A DNA stretch of 64,000 nt from the NCBI GenBank assembly GCA_963666425.2, contig OY762825.2, positions 2,816,001 to 2,880,000 on the forward strand. The letters are read 5' to 3'. Source of the stretch: Bacillota bacterium. GTDB taxonomy: Bacteria; Bacillota; JAAYKD01. A model generated the notes under the pieces. That model did not search any database. It saw only the letters and a list, made by a program, of their open reading frames with translations, and was not told the DNA's origin. Below, piece after piece: positions 40,307 through 50,640 of the stretch (position 1 is the first letter of the stretch; every line of letters starts with the position of its first letter). A program made the position numbers and the translations under genes.

Positions 40307-40903
40307 ATGAAAATAGATGCAGGCAGAAAATTATATTCATTGAGAGAGATATATATGATCGTATATAACGGGATACGTTCTGCCCCGTACATGTCAAAGG
40401 CAAAGCGAAATAACGAACTTAATTCTGAATTCATTGAAAGAATAATGCTTGCCGTTACCGAAGTAAACGGCTGTGAGTTATGTTCATACGCACATACAAA
40501 AATGGCTTTAGAGGCTGGAATGAGCAGCGAAGAGATTCAACATATGCTTTTAGGGGTTATGACAGAAGTTCCATCAAACGAGCTGCAGGCTATCATGTTT
40601 GCGCAGCATTATGCAGACAGCAGAGGAAAACCATCCAAGGAAACATGGGATCGCATCATCGAAAGCTATGGCTTGACTAAATCGTATGGTATACTTGGCG
40701 CAATTCGGATCATTATGATTGGAAACGTTTATGGAATTCCATGGGGTTCATTTTTTAATCGATTCAAAGGCAAACCGGATAAAAGAAGTTCAATGCTGTA
40801 TGAAGCTTTAATAATAATTCCGGGAAGTATCCTCATCCCTTTCGCTATTTTGCACGCCATTATAGCTTCATTGCTGCGATTCAAGATAATTGATTTTTCA
40901 TAA
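40307..40903 (+). CDS. Carboxymuconolactone decarboxylase/AhpD-like protein
   Basis: ERIMLAVTEVNGCELCSYAH. Confidence 0.85.
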   Translation: MKIDAGRKLYSLREIYMIVYNGIRSAPYMSKAKRNNELNSEFIERIMLAVTEVNGCELCSYAHTKMALEAGMSSEEIQHMLLGVMTEVPSNELQAIMFAQHYADSRGKPSKETWDRIIESYGLTKSYGILGAIRIIMIGNVYGIPWGSFFNRFKGKPDKRSSMLYEALIIIPGSILIPFAILHAIIASLLRFKIIDFS

Positions 40904-40990
40904 CGAGCATCTGAGAAGCTAATTTCTGAAGTAGGCCTATCACACGATTGTTTTTATATTTTAGTGGAAACAAAGGAAGGAGGAATTTAA

Positions 40991-41662
40991 ATGGCAAAAT
41001 TAGTCTGTTCCGTTTGTGGCTACATTTATGATGAGTCAAAGGGTATTCCAGCAGCGGGCATAGCTCCCGGTACAACATGGGAAAATATCACTAACAACTG
41101 GGTTTGCCCACTTTGCGGTGCTCCTAAATCTGCATTTGAAAAACAGGATGAATCTGCAGCATCTCCGGAAAAAATAACGATGTCTGTGACGGAGTCGCCT
41201 GCTGATCTGAAGGAGATGTCTGCATTGGAGATCAGTGCGCTATGCACGAATCTGGCGCGCGGCTGTGAAAAACAATATCAGCTGGATGAAGCAGCTCTCT
41301 TTCGGGAATTAGCCGGATATTTCAGAACAGCATCAGCGCCTGCAAAGGATCCAGATCATGGCAAGCTCATGGCTCTCATTGAAAAAGATCTTAAGGAAGG
41401 TTTCCCAAGCGCTCATACTGTGGCGTCGGAGGCAAATGATCGAGGTGCACTCCGTGCTCTGGTCTGGAGCGAGAAGGTTACGCGCCTTTTGAAATCCCTT
41501 TTAACTCAATATCAGATAAAAGGCGAATCCATGTATGAAAATACGGACGTATATGTCTGTACGATCTGCGGATTTATCTTTGTAGGGAACAACCTGCCGG
41601 ACATATGCCCTGTATGCAAAGTGCCTAATTGGAAGTTCGAAAAGATTGAAGGGAAGCAGTAA
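40991..41662 (+). CDS. Rubredoxin-domain protein
   Basis: CSVCGY..WVCPLCG at the N-terminus; CTICG..CPVC at the C-terminus. Confidence 0.88.
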   Translation: MAKLVCSVCGYIYDESKGIPAAGIAPGTTWENITNNWVCPLCGAPKSAFEKQDESAASPEKITMSVTESPADLKEMSALEISALCTNLARGCEKQYQLDEAALFRELAGYFRTASAPAKDPDHGKLMALIEKDLKEGFPSAHTVASEANDRGALRALVWSEKVTRLLKSLLTQYQIKGESMYENTDVYVCTICGFIFVGNNLPDICPVCKVPNWKFEKIEGKQ

Positions 41663-41663
41663 A

Positions 41664-42140
41664 ATGGCTGATAAATATGCGGTAAGAAATATACGTTTGT
41701 GTACAAAAGACTGCTTATGCCTATATGTCTGCCCCACCGGTGCGACAGATACAGAGAATAGTATCATTGATATTGCGAAGTGTATCGGGTGCGGCGACTG
41801 TGCAGACGCCTGCCCGGCCGGTGCGATTTCTATGGTGCCAAAGGTATATCCAAAGCAACAGGACAAAACTGAGCCGGTTATGAATGCACTCAAAACATTG
41901 ATGCACAGCAAATCGGAACAAGAGAGTATAGCTGCTGGATTGCCTGGGAAATTGGCTCTCGCAATTGAAAAATCCAATCACATCATGGCGGAGGACATTA
42001 TCCGTGAAGCGGGATATATGCTGCCGCAAAGCGAAAATACTCAGAAATTTTTAGAAGCACTGCTTGATCAAGATCATCCACAAGAATTTCCTAAAGAGGC
42101 TGTGAAGAAATTATTAGAAGCTTTCAATAAAATAGAGTAG
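41664..42140 (+). CDS. 4Fe-4S ferredoxin-domain protein
   Basis: CTKDCLCLYVCP and CIGCGDCADACP. Confidence 0.88.
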   Translation: MADKYAVRNIRLCTKDCLCLYVCPTGATDTENSIIDIAKCIGCGDCADACPAGAISMVPKVYPKQQDKTEPVMNALKTLMHSKSEQESIAAGLPGKLALAIEKSNHIMAEDIIREAGYMLPQSENTQKFLEALLDQDHPQEFPKEAVKKLLEAFNKIE

Positions 42141-42142
42141 CA

Positions 42143-42170
42143 TGTTCCAAGGGGACTGGGGAGCCGGGTA
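42143..42170 (+). repeat. Core repeat, copy 8 (degenerate 3' half)
   Basis: tgttccaaggggactggggag, 2 nt after TAG 42140. Confidence 0.8.
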
Positions 42171-42203
42171 AGTTGAATTAGAATTTGCAGAGGTGTTTTG
42201 TAA

Positions 42204-42737
42204 TTGATTGAAATCAGAAGGATTGCTGAAACTACTAAAAATGATATTAATATTCCGAATGAACCTTTTACCTTGTGGGGAAAAATGATACCAACCTACG
42301 ATGGCAATAAATGGGCGTACACAACCGAGAAATTTGATGAGAATAAAACCAGTGAGATGGTATTTCCCGATGAAAACTACGATTTTGATCTACTAAAAAA
42401 AGAGTGCTTCTTTGTTGGAGCCTATAATGAGTGCGGAAAGTGTGTAGGACTTGCGATTTACAGGCGGGATTTGCTTAAATATTTATATCTTGATGATTTA
42501 AAAGTATGTAAGGAGTATCGAAGCCGCGGAATCGGTATGCGATTGCTGGATGAGGGTAAGAAAATTGCTGCCGAAAATGGTTATCAAGGCATTTTTACAA
42601 TCGGTCAAGACAACAATCTTTCAGCATGTCTATTCTATATAAAATCCGGATTTGCAATAGGTGGATTTAATACACACCTCTATCGAGGAACCAAGCAAGC
42701 CAACAAGAGTAATGTTTATTTTTACATCGATGTCTAA
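42204..42737 (+). CDS. GNAT, streptothricin acetyltransferase-like
   Basis: YRSRGIG, QDNNLSACLFY..GFAIGG..HLY. Confidence 0.75.
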   Translation: MIEIRRIAETTKNDINIPNEPFTLWGKMIPTYDGNKWAYTTEKFDENKTSEMVFPDENYDFDLLKKECFFVGAYNECGKCVGLAIYRRDLLKYLYLDDLKVCKEYRSRGIGMRLLDEGKKIAAENGYQGIFTIGQDNNLSACLFYIKSGFAIGGFNTHLYRGTKQANKSNVYFYIDV

Positions 42738-42867
42738 ATTTTACACTGCTTCAGTATAGCGATGAATTCCAGTTTGCTGTTGTGTTTTCATACTGGCACT
42801 GCCGGAGAAGGTAAAGTGAGTAATCTATTTAAGTAAGAAGCGTTTATATTGTGTGAGGAGGATTTAT

Positions 42868-43785
42868 ATGAAAGCAATTGTGGAGATGCTAAATAAGAAC
42901 TATCCCTTTGAGATAGACCGCATTGAATTACTGCGTGATATGGGGAGTACGTCTTACACCGCATTTTCCGGCAGCAATAAATACTTCTTGCGCGCAATTA
43001 AGCCTGCGCTTCTTGACACAGCGGTTATCGGTACCAACATTCAAGTGTTTTTGCAAAAGCAAGGCTTTCCGGTGCCGCCGATTATCTTTACAAATGATGA
43101 CTTACATTATGTAAAAGATGAAAACGGACTGTTCATTCTATATGAGTTTATTGAGGGTAACGACTGCAATCCGGAGCAGGACGCGGAAGCCATCGGAGCG
43201 CTGGTGGGCAGGCTTCACAAAGAAATGAAAATCTATACCGGTGAGCTTGTTCAACGGGACAAGCATTTTTACATTGGAAGATATATTGAAATTCTGCGGA
43301 AAAAAGGATATCCCAGAATAGATGAATACTCAAAATATGGTGATGATCTTTGGGACGAAATCAAGGAATTGCCACGAGGATATTGCCATGGCGATCTGTA
43401 TGAGGGTAATATACGAAAAGGATCTGACGGTAAGTTATATATACATGATTTTGATACCTCCTGCGAAGGTTTTCCGATGTATGACCCAACTTTGATCTGT
43501 GATATGACCAAATATTTTGATTTTGATGAGAGCAATTTTGATCGGTCAAACAAAGTGTTTTCCAGGTTTCTATCAGAATACAAAAAATACATTCCCCTTA
43601 GTCAAGCGGAAATAGATGCCTTTCATGCCTTGATTGCCATACAACATTTCTCTACCCAAGCTACGGTGATGGAGATATTTGGCATTGATTGTATTGTCGC
43701 TACAGATATGGACAATCAACTTGAGTGGCTGTACCGGTGGCGCCAACAATGTGCCAGGGGAACGGGGGTATTGGCACAGAGTTGA
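42868..43785 (+). CDS. APH/homoserine-kinase-like phosphotransferase
   Basis: CHGDLYEGN, HDFD; the last 11 aa come from the repeat and the 3 nt after it. Confidence 0.85.
   Translation: MKAIVEMLNKNYPFEIDRIELLRDMGSTSYTAFSGSNKYFLRAIKPALLDTAVIGTNIQVFLQKQGFPVPPIIFTNDDLHYVKDENGLFILYEFIEGNDCNPEQDAEAIGALVGRLHKEMKIYTGELVQRDKHFYIGRYIEILRKKGYPRIDEYSKYGDDLWDEIKELPRGYCHGDLYEGNIRKGSDGKLYIHDFDTSCEGFPMYDPTLICDMTKYFDFDESNFDRSNKVFSRFLSEYKKYIPLSQAEIDAFHALIAIQHFSTQATVMEIFGIDCIVATDMDNQLEWLYRWRQQCARGTGVLAQS
43750..43779 (+). repeat. Core repeat, copy 9
   Basis: tgtgccaggggaacgggggtattggcacag. Confidence 0.92.
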
Positions 43786-43975
43786 AAAGTCTCGGTTTAT
43801 GCTGAGATTCGCAACATCATCAGTATCTGGATTGCATCCCGATCAAACATGTTTCTTTTCAGCTGCAACCCGAATCCGCTGTCAATCGGCACCGTACTTC
43901 TGCGCGGATTGGGTTATCAAGTGTCACTGGCCAACCGATTGATCTGGTTCCATGATGACGCAGGTTGTAACAGTG
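43780..43975 (+). pseudogene. rlmD/rumA C-terminal remnant
   Basis: FSCNPNPLSIGTVLLRGLGYQVSL..QPIDLVP..MTQVVTV. Confidence 0.8.
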
Positions 43976-44297
43976 AATAAGGAAATATGGATTAGAATCC
44001 TGAAAAACTATAATCTGGTGCATCCGGAGGATGTGAAACCGGCTTATCCGAAAAAAAGAAAAAGCGATGAAAGAGGCACCTGAGCATTTTAGAACGATTT
44101 ATAAAAATATAATAATCAATATAGGATATGGCTTTATTGAATTTTCAATAAGGTTTAATTCCGTAATAGAATATAATTAATCTAGTTTTGGTAAATAGCC
44201 TAATTTTCTGTGCTGATGCGAGAGAATATATGATATTTCTTTCTATGCAACGTGCTGGATATAGCAGAGATTTTATATAGATCAGAAGGAGTCTTAA

Positions 44298-44990
44298 GTG
44301 ATAGAACTACTCAAAACAAAAAAAGCTATTTTCTTTGATGTGGGATATACGCTTGATTATCCCGCTTCGGGCGATTGGATGTTTACAAATAAATTCTACG
44401 AACTGGCGGGCGAGAAGTATTATAAGTACGGCGAAGCTGAAATACAAAACGCGAGGAACAGAAGCTTTGAATATCTCGAAAAAAACCATCTTGTGAGGAG
44501 TCTTGAAGAGGAATATAATCAGTTTGCATATTTCTATGGCGAGATATCTCGAATTCTCGACCTTGGACTTACAGAAATTGAGATAAGAGAGATTGCTCAC
44601 GATCGTACTTACAATATGAAAAATTACATATTCTATCCAAATGTTGCTGAAATATTGGAAACACTTAGTAAAACGCATAAGCTCGGTGTTATTTCAGATA
44701 CTTGGCCGAGTATAGAGCAGCAGCTTCAATCGATTGGTATTCTTGACTATTTTTCAGTAAGCACTTATAGCTGTTTCGTCGGAGCTTTCAAACCCGATAA
44801 ACGCATGTACCTAGATGCCCTTGGGAAAATGGGATTTCCCGCTGAGGATACAGTATTTATTGACGACAGTCGACAAAATCTAGAGAGTGCCGCGGCGTTC
44901 GGTATAACGCCTATACTAATCGCTGCAAACCCTGCTTCAGACATTGATGTACCTTTTTTGAAAATTCATTCTCTTAAAGAGCTTTTGTAA
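44298..44990 (+). CDS. HAD-family hydrolase
   Basis: FFDVGYTL, FKPD, FIDD. Confidence 0.88.
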   Translation: MIELLKTKKAIFFDVGYTLDYPASGDWMFTNKFYELAGEKYYKYGEAEIQNARNRSFEYLEKNHLVRSLEEEYNQFAYFYGEISRILDLGLTEIEIREIAHDRTYNMKNYIFYPNVAEILETLSKTHKLGVISDTWPSIEQQLQSIGILDYFSVSTYSCFVGAFKPDKRMYLDALGKMGFPAEDTVFIDDSRQNLESAAAFGITPILIAANPASDIDVPFLKIHSLKELL

Positions 44991-45374
44991 TTAAAGAAAT
45001 CCCTTCCGAATCGATCAAAGGTTCAGGAAAAGCAAGGCGAGAAAGCCAAAAAGAATTATGAGATCACTTATTTATCTTCATAACCAGTGTCATACGCGAC
45101 GTGGATTTATGAGGGTGTTAGGTGTACTATGGAGTAAATGGGAGAAAATGAAAATGAGAAATGTTGTATCTTTGGAGAATTTGACAAGGAGATTTGGTCA
45201 ATCTGTAATATATATAACAATAAATAGAACTAATGATTTATAGATACGAATATGTATATGTCATTTATTAATTCAAACATTTATCTCATGGGTTTTTAAC
45301 CCAATTCCTGAATTCCTGCATTATCAAACTGTTATAGTTGATAATGGATTTTTAAAAAAAGGTGAAACAAAAAG

Positions 45375-45937
45375 ATGGAAAGCATAGAGTGGAAAAAACA
45401 GAAGCACCACATACTGAAAGGTGAGACAATTGAACTTGTTCCAGTGCAAAAGAAGATATGGGTTTTATCTGTATTGAAGAAACTGATACAAAATTATGGC
45501 AATATGAAGAATATATAGAAACCGACAAAAAATGCATTCTGAAAAAGTTTACTGATAGAATTGATCAAGATAATGTTTTTGATTTTATTGTTAAACTCAA
45601 TGTAGATGGTCAAGCAATAGGAATAGTATATATATGGAAATATAGTTTGAACCGAAAGAGTTGGGAAATTGGATATGCTATATTACCTGAATATCAAGGT
45701 AATGGATATTGTTTAGAAAGTGTAAAGCGATTATTATCATTTGCTTTTGATGAATTGGATGCCCATAAAGTGGTAGGTATGTGCCATAGTGATAATATTA
45801 AATCGGCTTCAGTAATGCAAAAAGCAGGAATGTCAAAACAAGGAATATTTAGAGAAGAATATTTATGTCAAGGCAAGTGGGTAGACCAATTCTATTTTAG
45901 TATTTTAGAACGAGAATATGATAATAATCGAATTTAG
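45375..45937 (+). pseudogene. RimJ-like GNAT with a frameshift near 45450
   Basis: MESIE..LKGETIELVPVQ continues in another frame as EDMGF..EIGYAILPEYQGNGY. Confidence 0.65.
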
Positions 45938-46217
45938 TTTTTAATCTACAGGATCCGTCAAAAGTTTTGCGCTTTTTCTAGCTGTTATTACGAAACCGAG
46001 TCGTTTTCATACAAACAGTGCTGCGATCCTGTCATACTGCTTAATTCCGCATTTCAAATTACATTAACGCCTTTGCAACGGGATTTGCTGCTGGACGGAG
46101 AATGGAAGAAACCGATTATACAGGTTTGGAACAGGATACCGGGTTTTCCTTTGATGATTACGCGCCGCGTAGAGCGAAGTGGTTTCCGCAGCCGCTTTGC
46201 GTGAAAGAGAGGAAGTT

Positions 46218-47024
46218 ATGAAGAAACTCGTTTTTATCGAAGGGGTATCAGGTGTAGGCAAATCCACCACGGTAATGAAGCTTTGTGATGCTTTGAATGG
46301 CCACGGCTTTCGGTCTGTCTGTCATTTGGAAGGCGATACGGATAATCCTGTGGATTTCTTTCACTGTGCTTATTTGACAAAAATAGAGTTTTCTCAGTTG
46401 TTGCAGAATTATCCGAGCGATACATGCGTGCTGAAGAATAACAGCATTTCAGAAGCCGATTATGTGCTTGTCCGTTATGGTAACCGCAACACAACCTATT
46501 TCACCCCACCGCTTTTCGATGTATTAAAAATGTATGAGGGGTTTTATAAACCCATAAAGCTGATTGCCATTGAACAATATACAAAAGTTTTTACTGACAG
46601 TTGGCGACGATTTTTACGGCAAGATCAAGGTAACACAGACTTTGTGATTGTTGACGGCAGCTTTCTCTATCATCGTGCCAATGATCTGATACAGAATTAC
46701 AATGCTACTGATGAAATGATTGCTGCACACCTGAAAACATTGCTTTCGGCGATGTTGCCATACACTCCGCTTCTCTTCTACCTTTCTTCAAATGATGTCG
46801 GTGCGCAGCTGATTCGAGCGCGAGAAAGCCGCGGACAAGCTACGGCAACCAAAGCTCAAATTGCTTTTGAGACAGTGAGAAAAAACCGGCAAACTCAAGT
46901 ATTGAAATTGCTGCCTATACATGCACATATCATCGACATCTCAGACGGTTGGGAAAACGCGATTAATGATATGCTGGGTATTATCTTGTGCCAAGGGGAC
47001 GGGGGTGTTGGCACAACTGGATAA
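46218..47024 (+). CDS. P-loop nucleotide-kinase-like protein
   Basis: FIEGVSGVGKST; C-terminus CQGDGGVGTTG comes from the repeat. Confidence 0.78.
   Translation: MKKLVFIEGVSGVGKSTTVMKLCDALNGHGFRSVCHLEGDTDNPVDFFHCAYLTKIEFSQLLQNYPSDTCVLKNNSISEADYVLVRYGNRNTTYFTPPLFDVLKMYEGFYKPIKLIAIEQYTKVFTDSWRRFLRQDQGNTDFVIVDGSFLYHRANDLIQNYNATDEMIAAHLKTLLSAMLPYTPLLFYLSSNDVGAQLIRARESRGQATATKAQIAFETVRKNRQTQVLKLLPIHAHIIDISDGWENAINDMLGIILCQGDGGVGTTG
46987..47016 (+). repeat. Core repeat, copy 10
   Basis: tgtgccaaggggacgggggtgttggcacaa (perfect 8-bp stem). Confidence 0.94.
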
Positions 47025-47161
47025 GCTAGGCTTAAATTGAGATTCGTGTCATCTGCAGAATCCGGATTGCAACTCGTGACGCGAAGTGTCTAGGTATCCA
47101 TCATAACCTTGTATAGGCCGGGTAATGATGATGATAAACTTGAATTTATGGGAGATGTGTT

Positions 47162-47620
47162 ATGAGCAGTTATATTATGGACCTGAGAAAGAGGATAGGA
47201 CATCAGACAATTATCATGTGTGGAGCAAGCATCATTATTGTTGATCAAAATGGGCAAATGCTTCTGGGAAAAAGAACCGACAATCATCAATGGGGATACT
47301 TTGGCGGTTCCGTAGAAATTGATGAAAAGGTTGAAGAGTGTGCGAAGCGTGAACTTTATGAGGAAACAGGGTTAACAGCGGATTCGCTGGAGTATTTTAT
47401 GGTTAACTCAGGCCCTGAAGCACATTATCGATATCCAAATGGTGATGAGGTTGCCAATGTTGAAATTGTGTATATATGTAGGAATTATCATGGTGAACTG
47501 AAGCAACAGGATGAAGAAATAGAGAAATTAAAGTTTTTTGCAATAACTGAAATAAAAATTGACGAAATATCTCCGCCAATTCGACCGGTTATAAGAAAGT
47601 ATATTGAAACATACAAATAG
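47162..47620 (+). CDS. NUDIX hydrolase
   Basis: GGSVEIDEKVEECAKRELYEETGL Nudix box. Confidence 0.92.
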   Translation: MSSYIMDLRKRIGHQTIIMCGASIIIVDQNGQMLLGKRTDNHQWGYFGGSVEIDEKVEECAKRELYEETGLTADSLEYFMVNSGPEAHYRYPNGDEVANVEIVYICRNYHGELKQQDEEIEKLKFFAITEIKIDEISPPIRPVIRKYIETYK

Positions 47621-47737
47621 CAGTATCTTTTCAAAAGTAGGCGCGAAGCGGCTGATGGTTTTTCTTTGACGAGAACCTGATATACTTTCATAATATACAG
47701 TAAAATGTATTTGAAGTGGAATAGGGCACTACCTGCT

Positions 47738-47770
47738 ATGGAGACGGTTTGCGTGACCGCCAAGCGATAG
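47738..47770 (+). pseudogene. Short rlmD-end-like remnant
   Basis: METVCVTAKR* just before the next gene's RBS. Confidence 0.4.
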
Positions 47771-47793
47771 AATAGATAGTTGGAGGCTGAACA

Positions 47794-48351
47794 ATGCCAA
47801 GAGGAATCGTGATTTTTGGTTCTGCCGGTTCGGGAAAGACAACACTCGGCAAGATGGCAGCCCAAGCGCTGTCTTTTCCGTATTTCGATCTTGACGACTA
47901 TATCTGGAGAAAAGATACTGCCGAGCCTTATACGGTTATGTATTCGCGTGAGGAGAAAGCCAGTCGGCTGATGGAAGCTATCTCAAGAGACGAACATTTT
48001 GTCATGGCTGGATCGATGGATAGTTTTCATGCTCCGTTCGACCCACTGTTTGAGCTTGCGGTTCACTTAACAGCCGATCAGGATATCCGCCTTGCTCGTG
48101 TCAATCAGCGGGCACAGGAACAATTCGGTGATAGGATTCTTGAAGGAGGAGATCTCTTTCAAAATCATCTGCGTTTTCTAGACAGTGTAGCCCGCTACGA
48201 TACGGACGGTTCGCCGAATCTGAAAACCCATACCGAGTGGGCAAATACGCTTGTATGCGAGGTCCTTCGGCTGAACGGTGCAAGCCAGCTCACAAAAAAC
48301 TGTGACATCATTGTCAAGGCGTATCATCGGATAGTGAATTCTAAGATATAA
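47794..48351 (+). CDS. Adenylate/shikimate-kinase-like P-loop protein
   Basis: GSAGSGKTT, FDLDDYIW. Confidence 0.82.
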   Translation: MPRGIVIFGSAGSGKTTLGKMAAQALSFPYFDLDDYIWRKDTAEPYTVMYSREEKASRLMEAISRDEHFVMAGSMDSFHAPFDPLFELAVHLTADQDIRLARVNQRAQEQFGDRILEGGDLFQNHLRFLDSVARYDTDGSPNLKTHTEWANTLVCEVLRLNGASQLTKNCDIIVKAYHRIVNSKI

Positions 48352-48386
48352 ACAAAGATAAATAATAACAGGCCAAAGGAGTATGA

Positions 48387-48833
48387 ATGATAGAGATTTT
48401 TGCAATAACGCAGGAGCATAGATTATGGAAAGATACGATTGAATTTGCGGATCATTGTTCTTGGAAGGCCGGAGCCTTTTTGGCAGCGAAGATGAGAGAA
48501 AATGCGTTTTGTGCCTGGGAAAGAGTCTTTATCTCTTGCGTCGATGGGAAAATAGTTGGTTTTTCTACATTGGCTGCAAAGGATGAGCTTCCGGAAGGCT
48601 TTGAATTTACCCCCTTTATTGGATTTATATTTGTTGATGAGAAGTATCGTGGCCACAGATTATCAAAATTAATGATTGATACCGCTGCTGAATATGCTGA
48701 TGAATTAGGATATGAAAAAGTATATCTTATGAGCGGTGAAATTGGCTTGTACGAAAAATATGGCTTTGTAAAATTGGGAGATTATGAGACGATCTATGGT
48801 TCGGTTGACCAACTCTTTGTAAAATCAATCTGA
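48387..48833 (+). CDS. GNAT acetyltransferase
   Basis: FVDEKYRGHRLS, LYEKYGF; its stop TGA is the first 3 nt of the repeat. Confidence 0.87.
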   Translation: MIEIFAITQEHRLWKDTIEFADHCSWKAGAFLAAKMRENAFCAWERVFISCVDGKIVGFSTLAAKDELPEGFEFTPFIGFIFVDEKYRGHRLSKLMIDTAAEYADELGYEKVYLMSGEIGLYEKYGFVKLGDYETIYGSVDQLFVKSI

Positions 48834-48860
48834 GCCAAGGGGACGGGGGTATTGGCACAG
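48831..48860 (+). repeat. Core repeat, copy 11
   Basis: tgagccaaggggacgggggtattggcacag. Confidence 0.92.
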
Positions 48861-48949
48861 ATTGTCTCATACTGAGATTCAAAGAATAGATTAGCTTTTC
48901 AGGTTAGAGATCAGATTGAATGTAACTGCAATATGCAAGAGGAGATAAG

Positions 48950-49669
48950 ATGAGCTATCAAATACTTCTTTTCGATTTAGATGATACATTATTGGATTTT
49001 GAGGCGAATGAAACGGATTCGTTAAATCAATTGTTTCTGCAAAACGGTTCTGTCTTTTCGGAAGAGCTGTTCCAACTCTATCATTCTGTTAACAAACAAT
49101 TATGGGCTGCGTATGAAAACGGAACTATTGCCCTAGAAGACGTACTAAACTCCAGGTTTTCTAAAACCATGTCACTATTAGGGAAAGATGTAAATGGCAT
49201 AGAATGGGAAAGTCAATATCGGGAGCTGCTGGGAAATGGCTGTCAGCTGATCGATGGAGCCTTTGAGATATGCCAGAGCTTATCCACAAGCCATAGATTG
49301 TTTATCGTCACGAACGGTGTAACCAAAACACAAATAAAACGATTGAAGCACTCGGGTTTATATGGGTTTTTTGAGGATATTTTTACTTCACAGAACATTG
49401 GATTCCAAAAGCCTTCAAAAGAATATTTTGAATATGTTAAGAGTCATATTCAGAATTTTTGTCTCGAAAAGGCACTCTTGATTGGAGATTCGCTGAATAG
49501 CGATATCAAAGGCGGGCTTCTGGCGGGAATGGACACCTGTTGGCTGAACAGAAAGGCACAAAAATGCTCCGCGGATATTCACAGTACTTACACGATCACA
49601 AGCTTAGCGGAACTATATCCCATCTGTGCGTGTACCAGGGGGACGGGGTGTTGGCACAAAGTTGGATAA
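48950..49669 (+). CDS. YjjG-family HAD nucleotidase
   Basis: FDLDDTLLDF, VTNG, QKP, IGDSLNSDIKGG; C-terminus comes from the repeat. Confidence 0.88.
   Translation: MSYQILLFDLDDTLLDFEANETDSLNQLFLQNGSVFSEELFQLYHSVNKQLWAAYENGTIALEDVLNSRFSKTMSLLGKDVNGIEWESQYRELLGNGCQLIDGAFEICQSLSTSHRLFIVTNGVTKTQIKRLKHSGLYGFFEDIFTSQNIGFQKPSKEYFEYVKSHIQNFCLEKALLIGDSLNSDIKGGLLAGMDTCWLNRKAQKCSADIHSTYTITSLAELYPICACTRGTGCWHKVG
49631..49659 (+). repeat. Core repeat, copy 12
   Basis: tgtaccagggggacggggtgttggcacaa. Confidence 0.92.
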
Positions 49670-49872
49670 TCTAGCTTTGTTTTGGGAACCAAAAAAACAC
49701 CTTCAGTATCCAACCTGCAATTTGACCGAATATATCTCAGCAAAAGAATCAGCAACATTTGACCGCGCTCGTTTTTCGTCACTGCTGCACTAATTTTCCA
49801 ATCCAACTGCACGGTTTCAGCCGATGTAATCAAAACAGGAAGTTGTAGGGAGGATTATTTAGATTTGATGAG

Positions 49873-50181
49873 GTGAACAAAATGAAAACTATAACAATTT
49901 GTGGTAGTATGAAATTTGCAGAGAAAATGAAACAGATAGCTTGGAGACTGGAGGTTGAAAAGGGGTTCAATGTACTTCAATGTATCTATAATGAGCAGAA
50001 TGAGCCTATAACTGACGAGGCACAGAAGCGTCTTGCTGCAGCACATTATAGAAAAATCGATATTTGTGATGCCATCTATATTGTTGATATTGATGGTTAT
50101 ATTGGCACATCGGTTACTGATGAAATTTTATATGCAAAAGAGAACGGAAAAGAACTTATTTTTCACAGCAGACAGTCTTAA
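49873..50181 (+). CDS. Small hypothetical protein (nucleoside deoxyribosyltransferase-like fold)
   Basis: ITICGSMKF, HYRKIDICDAIY..GYIGTSV..EI.YA. Confidence 0.7.
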   Translation: MNKMKTITICGSMKFAEKMKQIAWRLEVEKGFNVLQCIYNEQNEPITDEAQKRLAAAHYRKIDICDAIYIVDIDGYIGTSVTDEILYAKENGKELIFHSRQS

Positions 50182-50338
50182 ATAACTTCATGTAATGGGC
50201 ATAACACGAAGTTCACAAATGCCAAATTGAAGATGAGGGATAGTTTCGATACAAAGGAAGGAAAAATTTTTTTGCTTCAACCTTTGCAGAAAATCCTGAA
50301 TCAATAGCAGAATTGATCAATCTACGCTTTAAGACCTA

Positions 50339-50368
50339 TGTTCCAGGGGGACGGGGGTGTTGGCACAG
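50339..50368 (+). repeat. Core repeat, copy 13 (consensus)
   Basis: Exact consensus with the shared tail to about 50470. Confidence 0.97.
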
Positions 50369-50640
50369 AGTTAGATATAGTCTAGGTTATGCTGAGAGCC
50401 GAAAACACCTTCAGTATCCTATGCGAAACTCGATCAAAAAAGTTGCTTTTCAGCAGCAACCAAAATAGTAAGACGCGGCAAAGCGATTTAGGTGTGAGTG
50501 TTTCGTGAGTGGTCGGGTTCGCGAGTGGCCAATTTAGTTTTTTTACCGGGGTTGAGAGAACAGATTAGTTATTGTCGCGTATTTGTTTCTAACCAAGAAA
50601 TCTTAAAGCACCATAAGTCGATGAAAGAGGGCAGGCGATC

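Noticed and set aside
45950-46060. Further rlmD-like remnant (DPSK..CCDPVIL)
   Set aside because: Similarity too weak to support by eye.
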